In this document: piece after piece, positions 12,237-24,616 of the stretch
Layout: every line of letters begins with the position of its first letter
Position numbering within the stretch: position 1 is the first letter of the stretch
Assembly (NCBI RefSeq): GCF_001194135.2
Contig: NC_068999.1
Span: 38,669,750 to 38,710,197, forward strand
Length of the DNA stretch: 40,448 nt
Source of the DNA: Octopus bimaculoides
Taxonomy: Eukaryota
Reading direction: 5' to 3'
Notes under the pieces: model-generated
Told to the model about the DNA's origin: nothing
What the model saw: only the letters and a program-made list of their open reading frames with translations
The model's database searches: none
Program-made: the position numbers and the translations under genes

Positions 12237-12492
12237 TTCTGTTGTGTCTGGGGAGAGTTATTTTCTTATCGTGCCTTAAAATTTAACACATTCACTGTTA
12301 AAATTTCCACTTATTATCTTTATTTTCCTAAAATTTTCGTTGTGTCTTGCAACCTTTTCAATAGTCTTGACTAAGGTTGCAAGACGCAACGAAAATTTTA
12401 GGAAAATAAAAATAATAAGTGAAAATTTTAACGGTGAGTGTGTTAAATTTTAAGGCACGATAAGAAAATGACTCTCCCCAGACACAACAGAA
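12237..12492. repeat. Long near-perfect palindrome (arms ~130/124 bp), probable Penelope-like retroelement terminal-repeat inversion
   Basis: The arms are reverse complements around the centre agtc-TT-gact (12367-12368), with six transitions and one 6-nt deletion. Hammerhead-like motif on the minus strand at 12364-12328. Confidence 0.85.
12328..12364 (-). ncRNA. Atypical hammerhead-like motif with U3-A8 core variant
   Basis: cta-TTGAAAA-g-GTTG(c)-aagac-(a)CAAC-GAA-AATT-T-tag: 3-bp stem I, UUGAAAA core, extra purine, stem II, palindromic AATT stem III. Confidence 0.4.
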
Positions 12493-13269
12493 TATGCTTC
12501 AACACACGAAATCACATAAAAAATCTTGCAAACCAAATCCAAAAGCGTTGTGTTTTCTTTTCCTCTTATGGAAACTGTTAAACACAACCCGAACAGTTGC
12601 GTTTGTGTGTGTGTGTGTGTGTATTGCCTTATAGGAGTCTTGTATCTGGTAAATCCTTAATGTTAAGTCAAGTCTACCTACTACATGAGGATGGAATCTA
12701 AAGTCTTGAATTTGGACATGAAATACTGCTCTGTTCTAGAGAAAGTAAATGTGAAGATTTATTTGTACATAATTTCATGCAGAGAAAAAATATTCTTTAA
12801 CAGAGAAATTGAAGTTATATATTCAGAGATAGGAAAACAAAAAAAGCTAACATTAGAGAAACACATAATGAGGAAAGTAAAGTAGAAGGACAGGAAGAAA
12901 AAAGAAGAAGAAGAAAAGAAAGGAAAAAAGTATTTTTGAAAGTTAAAATAACAAATGAAATTTACGAACGAAGGTATTGTTTGACTGTGGGGAAAAGTGA
13001 ATAATTACTTTTGCAATAGACACAGTTTCATAAAATATATCACATATCTCAAAGAGAGAGACACACAAATTCAAAATGGAATTGAATAAAGAAAATGTGT
13101 TAAGAAAAAATGAAGACAAGACTTACAAAGCAACCGAGAACCAACGGAATGAAGAGAAAAAGGTAAAAATGGTGGAAGAAAGAATTTGCCAAAATTAGGG
13201 AAATAAAATTCTTAAATGTCAAAGTTGAAGGTATTTTTAATTGATTTTGATGGCGATGGGTGTATGTTG

Positions 13270-13622
13270 TTTTTTCATCTTTTACTTATTCCAGTCACTG
13301 TGGCCATACTGGAGCAAAACCTTGTAAGGGTTTAGTTGAATAAGTTGTATTTTGTGTCTGGTACCTACTCGATCTGTATCATTTGCTGAACTGCTAAGTT
13401 ACAGGGACGTAAGCAAACAACACCTGTTGTTAAGTAATGGGGTGGGGACACACACACACACACACATATGATGAGCTTCTGTGCAGTTTCTATCTACTAG
13501 ATTCACTCACAAGACTAGTTGACCTGGGGCTATAGCAGCAGACACTTGCTCAAGGTATCATGCAGTGGAACTGAACCTGGAATCCTGTGGTTGCAAAGCC
13601 AACTTCTTAACCACACAGCCAG
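13270..13622 (-). mobile_element. SINE family C copy
   Basis: Reverse complement of the 11040-11420 element (tggccatactggagc; ctatagcagcagacacttgctcaagg; gtggaactgaacctgg; ttaaccacacagcc). Confidence 0.75.
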
Positions 13623-13669
13623 GACTGTTTGGAAATTTTTGAAAATATAAATGTTTGTTTTATATTTTC

Positions 13670-13976
13670 TGTTGTTTATGCCTGTGTGTGTGTGTGTTTG
13701 TGTATTCGTACGTGTGTCTGTGTGCTTGTCTGTCCATGTATTCGTCTGTGTGTGTGTGTGTGTGTGTTTGTATGTGTCTCCGTGTATCTGTGTGTGTCTG
13801 CCTGTAGGTCCATGTATTCATCTGTGTGTGTGTCCGTGTATCTATGTGTGTGTGTGTGTGCATGTGTGTGTGTCTGTATGTCTGTCCATGAATTTGTGTG
13901 TGTGTGTTTATACAAGCTTATGCATGTATGTGTGTGTCTGTATGCTTATGTGTGTGTGTTATAACAAGAGTGTGCC

Positions 13977-14031
<55 letters not shown>

Positions 14032-14387
14032 ATTTGGCTGTAATTCATTTCTTAGTGTGTTCTTTGTGTATGTCTGTGTGTATGTTTTTCCATTTGTATT
14101 AGTGTGTCTGTCTCACTATTTCTGTATGTATGTTTGCTTGGCTGGTTGTGTATGTATATATGTGTACTGCATATGTGTGTTTATTTTACTTCACTGATGT
14201 CATTCTATGTTTGTGTGTGTGTGCATGTGTGCACATTACTTTTTATATTTGTGCGATTGTGTGTGTCTGTATATGTGTTTATGTCATTGTGTGTGCTTGC
14301 TTGCAAGAGTGTGTGCATGCGAACATGTTTTTTTTTATTATATTGGTGTAACTACATGTGACTCAGTATCAGAGTGCATATGCATGA

Positions 14388-14435
<48 letters not shown>
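13670..14435. repeat. Degenerate (GT)n-rich tract
   Basis: About 760 bp of interrupted GT repeats. Confidence 0.95.
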
Positions 14436-14436
<1 letters not shown>

Positions 14437-15013
14437 GAGCTCCTGAAATGATATATTATTCATAAAAAATGGAAACTACCTGAAATAATATTCATTGTTT
14501 GCCAGTGGGAAATAATGACTGTGTTTGTACAAATATGATTATAGATGTCTGCAGGTAATTTACGACATATATACACCTATGTGTGATACTTTTATGTGTG
14601 TAAGTATGAAAGTTTGAATGCGTATGGGCATGTGTGTATTTGGAAATTATCATATATATCTATACACACAGACGTGTGTGTGTGTGTGTGTGTATGGATA
14701 TATGTATACAAACATAGCCATATTCATAAAATTTACATTCATATGTTTGTATTTATGCATATCTTAGCTTTTTATATATACATGCATACATAGCCAAGTT
14801 TCATTTTGATTTTTCATTATAGACACTCACTCACTCACACACACACACACACGTGTGTATATGTAGAAACACACACACGCGCACACATACATATATACAT
14901 GTATACATAGAGGGAGAGATATTGATATATATACATATACATATATAAGACAATGATTATAAGATACTGTAATAATTTACAAATACACCCTCACTTATTA
15001 TATAAGTTTGTGG

Positions 15014-15100
<87 letters not shown>

Positions 15101-16042
15101 TATATATGTGTGTATGCATGTGCATAACAAATTGTATATATGTATATATATGTGTATTCATATGAACATGTTTATATGTATATATTTGTGTGTATATATT
15201 ACATAAAATATATATACATACATACGTGAGTCTGTGTATATAAGGATATATATTATATGTATGTTTATACATATGTGTGTGGGTATGTTGGTATATTGCA
15301 TGACTATTCTACAAGAGAGGTGAACAAGTGCAATGAAGAATGGCAACATAAATCTACTTCACTAAAAAAACACCTTTGAAATGAAGTTTAAATTTTATTT
15401 TAATTTCATAAAACGTTGTTCAATGTTGTATTTGTTTATTGATTTATTTATTTATTTATTTATATCCGATATGAAGAAATAAATGAAACAAAAAGCAAAC
15501 AAAAAATATCAGAAAATGGCTCACACGAAAAAATGGCACAACATATTCAGAAAAACAGAAAAGAATGGGGTATTAAGAAGTACAATTGAAAATGTTTATA
15601 TGCATACATATATGTATATATACATATATACTTATACATACATGTATGCATATATGTATGTGTAAGGAGTAGACAACCACCATGTATATATATATGTAAA
15701 ATTACACACACTCACCTACATATATATACATAAATATATACATATTTATACAGATACATGTGTATATCTGAGTGTGTGTGTGTGTGTGCATATATACACA
15801 CAAATGTACATATAAAAGAATGTATAGATTAAAAATAGAATTTCAATAAATAATATGGAATTGACTAGAAATAAATGAGATAACTGGAATGAAAGAATTC
15901 TTGCTGTAAATGTTGGAGAGACATCTTAACACACTCAGCGTCTGAGCTGTTGGAGACTGTCTCAAATTTAAAATACTGCTCTGCTCAACAAGTGTTAACA
16001 CATGCATGCATCTATCCATTCATCCACCCATACATACATACA

Positions 16043-16073
<31 letters not shown>

Positions 16074-16243
16074 GTGTGTGTATGATTTAATTATTTATTA
16101 GTATGTATACACACACACACACACACACACTCATGTATAGTCTGAAAAGGAATCAACAAGTCAGAAAAATATGTCAGTAGAGTGGGATATTAATCAAAGT
16201 GTATAGTATTGTAGATCCCTTTTAGTCAAACTTACCAATTTGT

Positions 16244-16249
<6 letters not shown>

Positions 16250-16275
<26 letters not shown>

Positions 16276-16385
16276 AATCCTTCAACATCCATTTTCCTTG
16301 TTGTTATGGGTTGGGCAGTTTGAGCAGAGCTGGGAAGCTGCACCAGGTTTCTGTATGGATATTACATAACTGGATGTAGATAACA
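16250..16385 (-). mobile_element. Decayed SINE family A copy
   Basis: (CAT)n then aacatccattttcc..gggttgggcagtttg...gctgcaccagg. Confidence 0.6.
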
Positions 16386-16508
16386 GTAGGGTTAAGTAAC
16401 GTCACATTCTTTTCAGAGCCATATTTTCTCATACCTACCGTCTCTGAAGAGCATGTGAGGCTAATTGACTGATCTTTTGTCTGATATCCAGTTACCAAAT
16501 AGCCAATG

Positions 16509-16590
16509 GCTAACCTCATATCGCTGACACTGTTAATTGCTAAGTAATCCTTGCTAAGCCACAAAGATGTGTCAGCGATATGAGGTTAGC
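16509..16590. repeat. Perfect 22-bp inverted repeat with 38-nt spacer
   Basis: gctaacctcatatcgctgacac (16509-16530) and gtgtcagcgatatgaggttagc (16569-16590). Confidence 0.9.
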
Positions 16591-18547
16591 TGCTATTAGC
16601 CCTTTCCACTCTAGTGCTCTTTTAGAATGGTCCTTCACAATCTTCAACTAAGGAACTGAAATATTCTTCCAAAATGGCTTCGACTTTTATTTGATCAGCC
16701 CTGATCTTCCCTTGGTCATCTAAAGCAGCTACAAATCACTCTGACTCCAATTTGGTCACATACAAGACACATACAATGGTCTAAGCAGAATCTCAATGGG
16801 AGTCCCATTCATTAAAATGATTTCAGGTTAGTTACCTAATTTAGAAAACGTTTATGATTAAAATATGGATCTGTTGATTATTATATTTGCATAGAACAGT
16901 AAATTTGCATCAGCTGCAAGTTGCACAAAATCAGCTTTGACAGATTTCTCAGACTTCACCTTCGATATCCACACACTGTGTTTGATCAAATGTCACTTAT
17001 CCTTGGTCAGCTGCTGCCTGCATTTTGCTAAATGTTATCTACTGACTGCTTTGGCTATACTGTGATGACCTATCATTTCAGTTTGATCAAATGTGACTTT
17101 TATTTGTTCAGCTACGACTTTCACACTGTCAAACGTAACTGCTGCATTTTTTTTTTATATTCTGACTTCAATATTGTCACCTACAGCTTTTCTATTTCAC
17201 CAAATGTGACGTCGATTCCTTCAGCTGTAATGTTCACACACAGACATTCAGCTTCCATTCTTTCAGATATGACCTTCAATCAGTATACTGCAGCCTACAT
17301 TTAAAAATCAACTACAATAATTTACGCAACCAGCAGCAAGCAACATACATTCTAATAACCCCTATCTTAACTTATGGAACTCAAACCCCACTCAGACATT
17401 TGAAACCTTCACTCAACCATTTGTGACATTCGTTTAACTGCAATCTTTTACATAACCAATTACAACCTTCACATACAAACTCCAACTTCCATCTCAGCCA
17501 TTTGCTGCCTTCATACAAATCATTTCAACCTCAATGTTATCCTTTATCAGTTTCCATATTTACAGATTATTTCTGCTAGTTTTAACACCCATTTCCAAAT
17601 ATTACAAATTACAATCCTTATTTCACATCTGTATCATTTTAATCGGATTAATATTAATAAAGTATAATTGTATTGGTGTGAAAATATGTGAAATATGAGG
17701 AAGCTGTTTCCATTTGACATTGAATGGAAAACTTATTTGGTCAGTATATGCATTTGAGTTGAGTTTAGTTAGAACCTACTGTTGTTTTTAAAATTGGAAT
17801 GTGCAGTCTTGGGCAATCTATTCCTATTAATGTCATTGTTAGAAGAAATTGGTGAAAATTGCTGAGAATGTGGTCAATTTGGGAGATGTCATTCCAGAAA
17901 GGGATACCTGTGTGTGAATAATGTAACATGTTGAACTGTCAAATGACAAAGTAGAATGAAGGAGAGTGAGAGGGGGAGAGAGATAGAGAGAGATAAAGAA
18001 ATAGGGAGGAGGAGGCGGAAGTGGTGAAAAGTTCATATGCTGTAGCGGTTGTCATAGAAATGATGTGTTTCTCTGTAAATTGCTTGCTCTCTGTTAATAT
18101 CTATTTAACACTATAGTAGAACCAAATAGTATGTAGACGGCTTTGGTCAGTTTCTAACTGTTTCCATTGCCTTTTTTGGGGTATTTGTTTTAATCCCAGG
18201 TCAGCTCTAATTGAGGTTACCAGTGGAATCAAGTACATTCCAACCATGACCTATCTAAAGTCTCTAACTCTCATCAGTTTTGAGATCATACTGAGGAGTG
18301 TAAGAGAACAAAATTAATTGCAGTTATTAATATTTCTTACTGTGACCCAGTAATTCCCTTGGGGTCATGTGCAAATGTAAGTGTGCAAATGGAATTGGAC
18401 ATTCATTGGCTGTTGTGGTTGTCATGCAGTGTGTGGTGAGCCTGTGGTAGAATCAGACCAATGTCTTGTAAGTGGATGCTTGAATGTCGAGGCAGAAAAT
18501 CATAGCTATTGCTATCCAGCCGTCATGTCATCCGTTTTGAAAATAAG

Positions 18548-18665
18548 TTGGTGAGGTTGCAGAATCGTTTGCATGTTGGGCAAAATTCATGGAAGTATTT
18601 CGTCTGTCTTTATGGTCTGAGTTCAAATTCTGTTGATGTAAACTTTGCTTTTCATCCTATCGGGT
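18548..18665 (+). mobile_element. SINE family B copy (truncated)
   Basis: gcagaatcgtttgcatgttgggcaaaa..gtatttcgtctgtcttt..ctgagttcaaattc..aactttgcttttcatcct. Confidence 0.68.
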
Positions 18666-18714
18666 TGACTGCAACCCTCTCAAGCTGAGCATCTTTAATC
18701 TTACAGGCTTTTAG

Positions 18715-18928
18715 ATGCTGGGGCCACATAAAAAGCACCCGTGGTGGTGCTGTGTGAAATCACCCAGTACACTCTTGATGTGGTTGGCATTAAGAAGGAC
18801 ATCCAGCAGTAAAAAATCATGCCGAAACTGAAATGGATCCTGAGCAGCTCTTCAGCCAATCAGCTTCTGTCAAACGGTCCAACCCATGCCAACATGGAAA
18901 ACGAATGTTACATGATGATGATGATGCT
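18715..18928 (+). mobile_element. SINE family A copy
   Basis: cacataaaaagcacc...gtggttggcattaagaaggacatccagc...ggtccaacccatgccaacatggaaa..atgatgatgatg. Confidence 0.75.
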
Positions 18929-19974
18929 GTAATTGATTTGCCTCTCTCCCCAAATTATTGTCCTTGTGCCAAAATTTGGAATCAATACAATGAATGAAAA
19001 TGTCTCTGAGTCAGGATCACTATTTCTTCACATTGAGAAGTCAGTTGTTTCTGAGAGGACCTTTTGGAGGAGGTGTCTAAAGACTCTTACCTAGACAACA
19101 CTCCCCGGAATAGTGGGCAGCATAAATGGTCATATGGATAAAAAAAATATTTTTATTTCAAAACCTGGAAACAGTCAGTTTTTGATTTGTCTTATGAATA
19201 GGAATTTGACTGAATAATTGCTGAGAAGGAAACATAATAAAGGATTGAATTGATTTCTGTGTGTGAGTGATATGTTGGGCATTGACATATGCAAAGTTGA
19301 ATCTCAGAATCAATGTGGATGATATGAAAAGGCAGCGTAATGTGAAATGAGAGTGCATACCATAAGACATTGTTTCACTTCTCTAGCATTCAGCACTCAC
19401 TCATTACCAATGCTACAAAGCCAATTGTTATTGGGACAGGTTCATAGATTATTCTGGAAACTTTATTATATAACTGAAACTCATTCTATAGAATTCAGGA
19501 AAGATCAAGGCAAAAGGGCAAAGTTAACATGGCAAACAATTTATTATGGTATACTCAGAGAAGAAAGGGAAGCATCCCCGATATCTTGCACAGTATTTGA
19601 AGCTGTTGGCAGGGCGATCTACCTCAAAGAATGCTTACTGCATATTGGTCCTCTTCCAAGGCGTTCATGAGCCAAATTGAGTCAAAACAGCTGATGGAAT
19701 AAGTAATCCCACTCCAACACCTGTACACTCAATCCAAAGAGTTTCTCTACTGTGTTCCTTTAATGAAATTTCACTTCAAAGGTTCTACTTATCTCTATGC
19801 TATGGTTAGAAACACGTACACATGATTATGAACATGAAATAACACCTAGGCTTGTGCATTATCTACCTGTTGTGGAAAGAATTATATACCTGTACACATC
19901 TGAATTTTGGACAATAATGATGAAGAAATTCGTGTTTAGTCATATCTTACATCACTGCTACTATTTAAGGTAGT

Positions 19975-20215
19975 TTAATCATCATCATCATCATTGATTT
20001 AATGTCCAGTTTTCTATACTTGTATGGGTCAGATGGAGTTTACTGAGGCAGATTTTCTACCACTCGATGCCCTCCCCGTCACCAACAGTTACCCCTTGCC
20101 TAGGAAAGGAATATCACCCCCACTCCTATGGTTAGGGATGATGTTTTTGTAGAATATTTTAAATGAATAGCATTGATTTACAATATTCATACCATGTGAA
20201 GATTAGGAGACACAA
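19975..20215 (-). mobile_element. Decayed composite SINE with family A tail
   Basis: (CAT)n, tttaatgtccagttttc..gcagattttctac..gatgccctccc..ccaac; reverse complement of the 3' half of the 28615-29045 element. Confidence 0.6.
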
Positions 20216-21526
20216 ACACACACACACACACGCACACGCACATGAAATCTGCTGTTTTACAATAGACATTCATACATACCAAAAGAGTCGTACGTAAAGT
20301 GAAAAAAAAAAGCAGAGGCCTTCAAATGATGAAACAAGGGAAGACAACTACTACACGTAAGGCAGAAGAATTGTGTTAAGTATCAATATGAAGGCTGGTT
20401 TATTTTGAAGGCATCATTAAACTGAATTTCAAAACAAATCTGTTTGATAGTCACAAGCAATTCTTCAACATTATCAGAAAATGTTTGCATCATTCTACAG
20501 AAACTGGACCTAATTATTGCTTTGAAAAATGACCATAGCTGTAGCTAATGATTGCTTCCAATTCCACCTTTGTTTTCATATTCTTCTGTCCCCTACACCC
20601 CCATATTGTCATTCTTGCTGCTACTAATGGTAAAAGTGGCAAAAATATATAATAAAAATGTTTAATCATTAGAATATTAATTATTCCAATAGATGTTCAA
20701 TTTGCTGCTACAGACAGCCAGCGGTTCCACTTCATATTCTCAAGGGGAGGAGATGAAAGAATAATAATACAATAATCAATAACAGATAAATACAATGTTC
20801 AAATTCATATTATTATTATTAGTTTTTTTTCCCTTCACTTATATTCTAATTATTATTTTTGTTATTTTTTTTTTCAATTTAAACCAGAAAATTTCAAAGT
20901 AAAATAAAGTTTATCTTATTTCATTGATCTTGTAACAATAATTTTTTTGGGTTCTTTATTTTTTTGCTGTTAGTTTTGGCCATTGTGTTTACGTGTGAGT
21001 TTTTTTTTTGGTTTCATGTTTTATTTTATTTTATTTTTCTTGTAAGTCCATTATCATATTACTTTCAATAGTTTTCGTTTTTTAAATTTTTATTTTCATT
21101 TAATATATAAATTTAATTAATTAAATCTCTATCTGTATACATCTATTTGAAAAATTTATTAAAATGATTCAGAAATTAAGATTTTTATAAAGTAGATTTT
21201 TTGAATGAAAAAAATTAGTACTGTCATGAAATAAAAACAAAATGAAAAGAAAAAATGTAACCAATCAAAATGGCATCAAATGTAACTGGTGCTCTATCAA
21301 TATTTTCATAGAATTTCATGACTTACAACACCAATAAAGCCTCAACATGGTTATGCAACCTGCCAGAAATACCAGTCAAATTTCATACCAAATCAGATCA
21401 TATAATTAAAACACTAAGGAAATATAGAATAGGGCAGAGACAGAATATTGAAGTCTACTGTTAGACATATTTCTCTTTTCGTTTATGTTCATACTATTAA
21501 CTCATTGTTACTGCTACACAAAGATG

Positions 21527-21740
21527 ACGAGCTGGCAGAAACGTTAGCATGCCGGGCAAAATGTTTAGCAGTATTTCGTTTGTCTTTATGTTCAGAGTTC
21601 AAATACTCCCGAGGTCAACTTTGCCTTTCATCCTTTTGGGGTTGATAAATTAAGTACCAGTTGTGTACTGGGGCTGATCTAATCAACTGGCCCCTCTCCC
21701 CCCCAAATTTCGGGCCTTGTGCTTAGAGTAGAAAAGGTTA
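21527..21740 (+). mobile_element. tRNA-derived SINE family B, near full length
   Basis: gacgagctggcagaaacgttagcatgccgggc..gtatttcg..GAGTTCAAAT..gaggtcaactttgcctttcatcc..taagtaccagttg..ggccttgtgc; B-box-like GAGTTCAAA. Confidence 0.82.
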
Positions 21741-22269
21741 TTACTGCAACATAGACTGACACTAATTAGGTGCTTTAATAAATTAAACACCCGTATTTGT
21801 AAGGCATGGTGGGAGGGCAAGTGCAACATGAAGTAAAATGTAATGAACTGCCTGGGCTGAGAATTGAACCCACGACATTCTAAAAGACCAGTTGCCTAAA
21901 CACTAAGACATGAGCCTTTTCAGCACTTGGTAAATTATTTCTGAGATGAAAGAAAAAAAAATTACAAGCAGAATGGGTAAATTGGTATTAACTTTGACCA
22001 TGGGGCTATTCATATAAGCAAAATATTCCATGTTAGAAAGGAGAGGGTTATTGTAAGAATACCTTAGTAATTGAGTGAATAAGAGAGGAGGAGGAAGTGG
22101 AGGGTTTTCATGTGGTTGCCAGATACTAGGAATATTTCGAAAATATTATAAAATTTAGCAAAAAGTTGATTATCAGAGATTTTGTGAGTCATTGACATAA
22201 AAATTTAACATGAAATACAGACACCCATAAAAACATATGCACACACACAGATGCATGTGTACATATACA

Positions 22270-22305
<36 letters not shown>

Positions 22306-22331
22306 TGTATGTATATATATATATACATGTG

Positions 22332-22362
<31 letters not shown>

Positions 22363-22699
22363 GTATATAAATGTATATACACACAAGCACACACACACAC
22401 ACGCATGCATATATGTCTGTGTAATATATTGTAGAATAACACGCTATATGAGTGTGTGTTCACATACATAAACTTGTAAACACATCTAAAAATAAATATA
22501 CAAGCGCTTGCCATTCTCTCTCACTCCTTTCTCATTCTCTTCCTCTTTACATTTCTCATTCTATATATGTGTGTAACTGTCTGTGTGAATGTGTTTGTGA
22601 GTGTGTAGTGTGACACATCCAGGCAAGTATTCATGTTAGGCAATAAATTTCCACAACTACATTTTCGACAGAAACTTTATCATCAAAAACAACCAATCA

Positions 22700-23452
22700 G
22701 AAGCTGGATTCTTTGGTCCAATAGATCAGATTGTTGCAGTTCAGAGTTCAAACAACTTAAGGATCAATTTTGACTGTTAGCCCTCCAGTAACAATGAAGT
22801 CAGAAAGTAAAGAAATAAACATACAGATTATGTATTGAGTTGTTTCATTTTATTACCCACCAGCCTTGCCTCCATTTTGTTTGAGTGGGATTCACCCCTT
22901 CCCTCCTTACTTTACCAAAATAATTTTGTTGAAGATGCGCATTCCCTTAGCAAATTGATTGAGTGGATTATAAACTCTTCTTATCCCAGATTCTCTCAGT
23001 TTACCATATTACTTCCCTTCTCTATAAATATTTGATATTTATGTTTTGCTAAAAGAAAACCCAAAAAATCAATGTATTGATTATTGATACAGTGAGGCAG
23101 CAGCCAGATTCTTTGGTCCGTACATATTGCTATACTGCACATCAAAGTTCAAATGCCTTAATGGACAATTTTGACTGTTAATTCTCCAGGGTCAATAAAG
23201 TCTCAAGATGGAAAGTAATAAATGTATTAATAATTGAGTTGAATATGCTCAACAGATGGCTCAGTGGAATATACTCCTTACCAGGATAATTCTCTTGAAG
23301 ATACTCATTCCTTTACCAAATTGATTGAGAAGAATATACACTCTTCTTACCATGAATTGTCTCAGTTTACCATATTCCTTCACTTCTCACTAAATATTTG
23401 ATATTTCTGATATGCTAAAAAAAAAACAATAAATCAAAGTATTGATTATTGA
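22700..23452 (+). repeat. Diverged tandem duplication, two units of ~390 and ~350 bp
   Basis: Colinear shared blocks gattctttggtcc (22707 and 23107), caattttgactgtta, caaattgattgag, ctcagtttaccatatt, taaatatttgatattt, gtattgattattga (ending 23087 and 23452). Confidence 0.8.
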
Positions 23453-24499
23453 GTAAAATATTGATATTATATGGCTTTTCATTGTAAAAATAATTCAGGA
23501 ACAAAAAAGAGAAAGACAAAGTCATATGTTGAAGCGTAAATAGTCTTGAAATGCAAAGGTTTTCAATGCTATTTCATGTTCTTTATTTGTTTTTTTATTT
23601 GTTTTTTTCATTTATTGAATTTTGTTTTTACTCTTTTATTCGAACATAAATTTATTAATGTCAGCTACAATATTTAATGAAATGCTTGAATGCAATTCAA
23701 GTATTGTTAAATATTAATGATTATGATCTTTCAAATTAAGAAACGGCTCACATGGTTGTTGATGACTGTTATATCGGTGATAAAACTTAGAAGCTTGTTG
23801 ATGTTTAATCTTGCGAAGAACAATGCAGATTTAGGCGAGCAAAACATCGACGAATATTATAAAAGAGAAATACTAAGACATTTGATGCTGGTGCCAGCAT
23901 CTGATGTACAACAATGGAAATTGTAAATTCTTTATAAACGAATTTATAATGTTAAATGTCTTTTATCTCTAAAAACAAAATAATGTACTTTTTTTCTTCT
24001 TCATATAAAAGCAAAGGAAAGCTTTGAAACAAAACTTTTAACAAATTGTTTGCATATTTTATTCCCGATCATTCTAGAATTACAAAATCAAAACATGTAG
24101 CAGTGCATGTTTCCTTTCTTTCTTTCTTTGTCTTTTTGCTTTATTTAATTCAAGAATAAAAAAGAAAAAAATAAACAGTAAAGTGCAAATGAAATGAAAA
24201 AATTTTTTTTAATTTCCTGAAATTACTTTTATTTTCATTTGCTATAATATGCATTTTTTGAAGAAAATCTCGACTATCATGCTTTCGAGTCATGATTGCT
24301 TTACACTGTAATATTCATAGACATGTATTGTTTGATTAACTTTGGTTTAATCTTGGCAAGTAATAGACACTACTGGATACCAATACAATTGGGGAGAGAT
24401 AGTCACTCTTTCTCCATGTGCCTCAAACACTCTACAAAGCTACCAAGTTGTATGTATATATGCGTACATACATTTACATTATAAATGCTATTATACGCT

Positions 24500-24523
24500 T
24501 ATATATATATGTGTCTGTGTGTG

Positions 24524-24613
<90 letters not shown>
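24500..24613. repeat. (AT)n microsatellite, representative of many (e.g. 3888-3932, 6230-6590, 15018-15097, 22260-22400, 34410-34580)
   Basis: Direct reading of AT, AC and ACAT arrays. Confidence 0.95.

Positions 24614-24616
<3 letters not shown>

Noticed and set aside
19040-19180. Minus-strand AG...GTAAGA pair suggesting a nested exon
   Set aside because: All three frames contain stops between the acceptor and the donor.
19347-19670. 107-aa ORF in higher-complexity sequence
   Set aside because: No recognisable domain or splice-phase support, and the other frames on both strands are closed; probably chance.
20390-20620. Minus-strand short frame MMQTFSDNVEELLVTIKQICFEIQFNDAFKINQPSY after a ctgtAG
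   Set aside because: No partner exons and no recognisable homology; insufficient evidence for a nested gene.
23740-23900. CpG-rich stretch with CYIGDKT*KL, faintly like a GIY-YIG motif, plus an 8-bp hairpin gatgctgg-tg-ccagcatc
   Set aside because: The match is too short, is interrupted by stops and lacks the other GIY-YIG residues.
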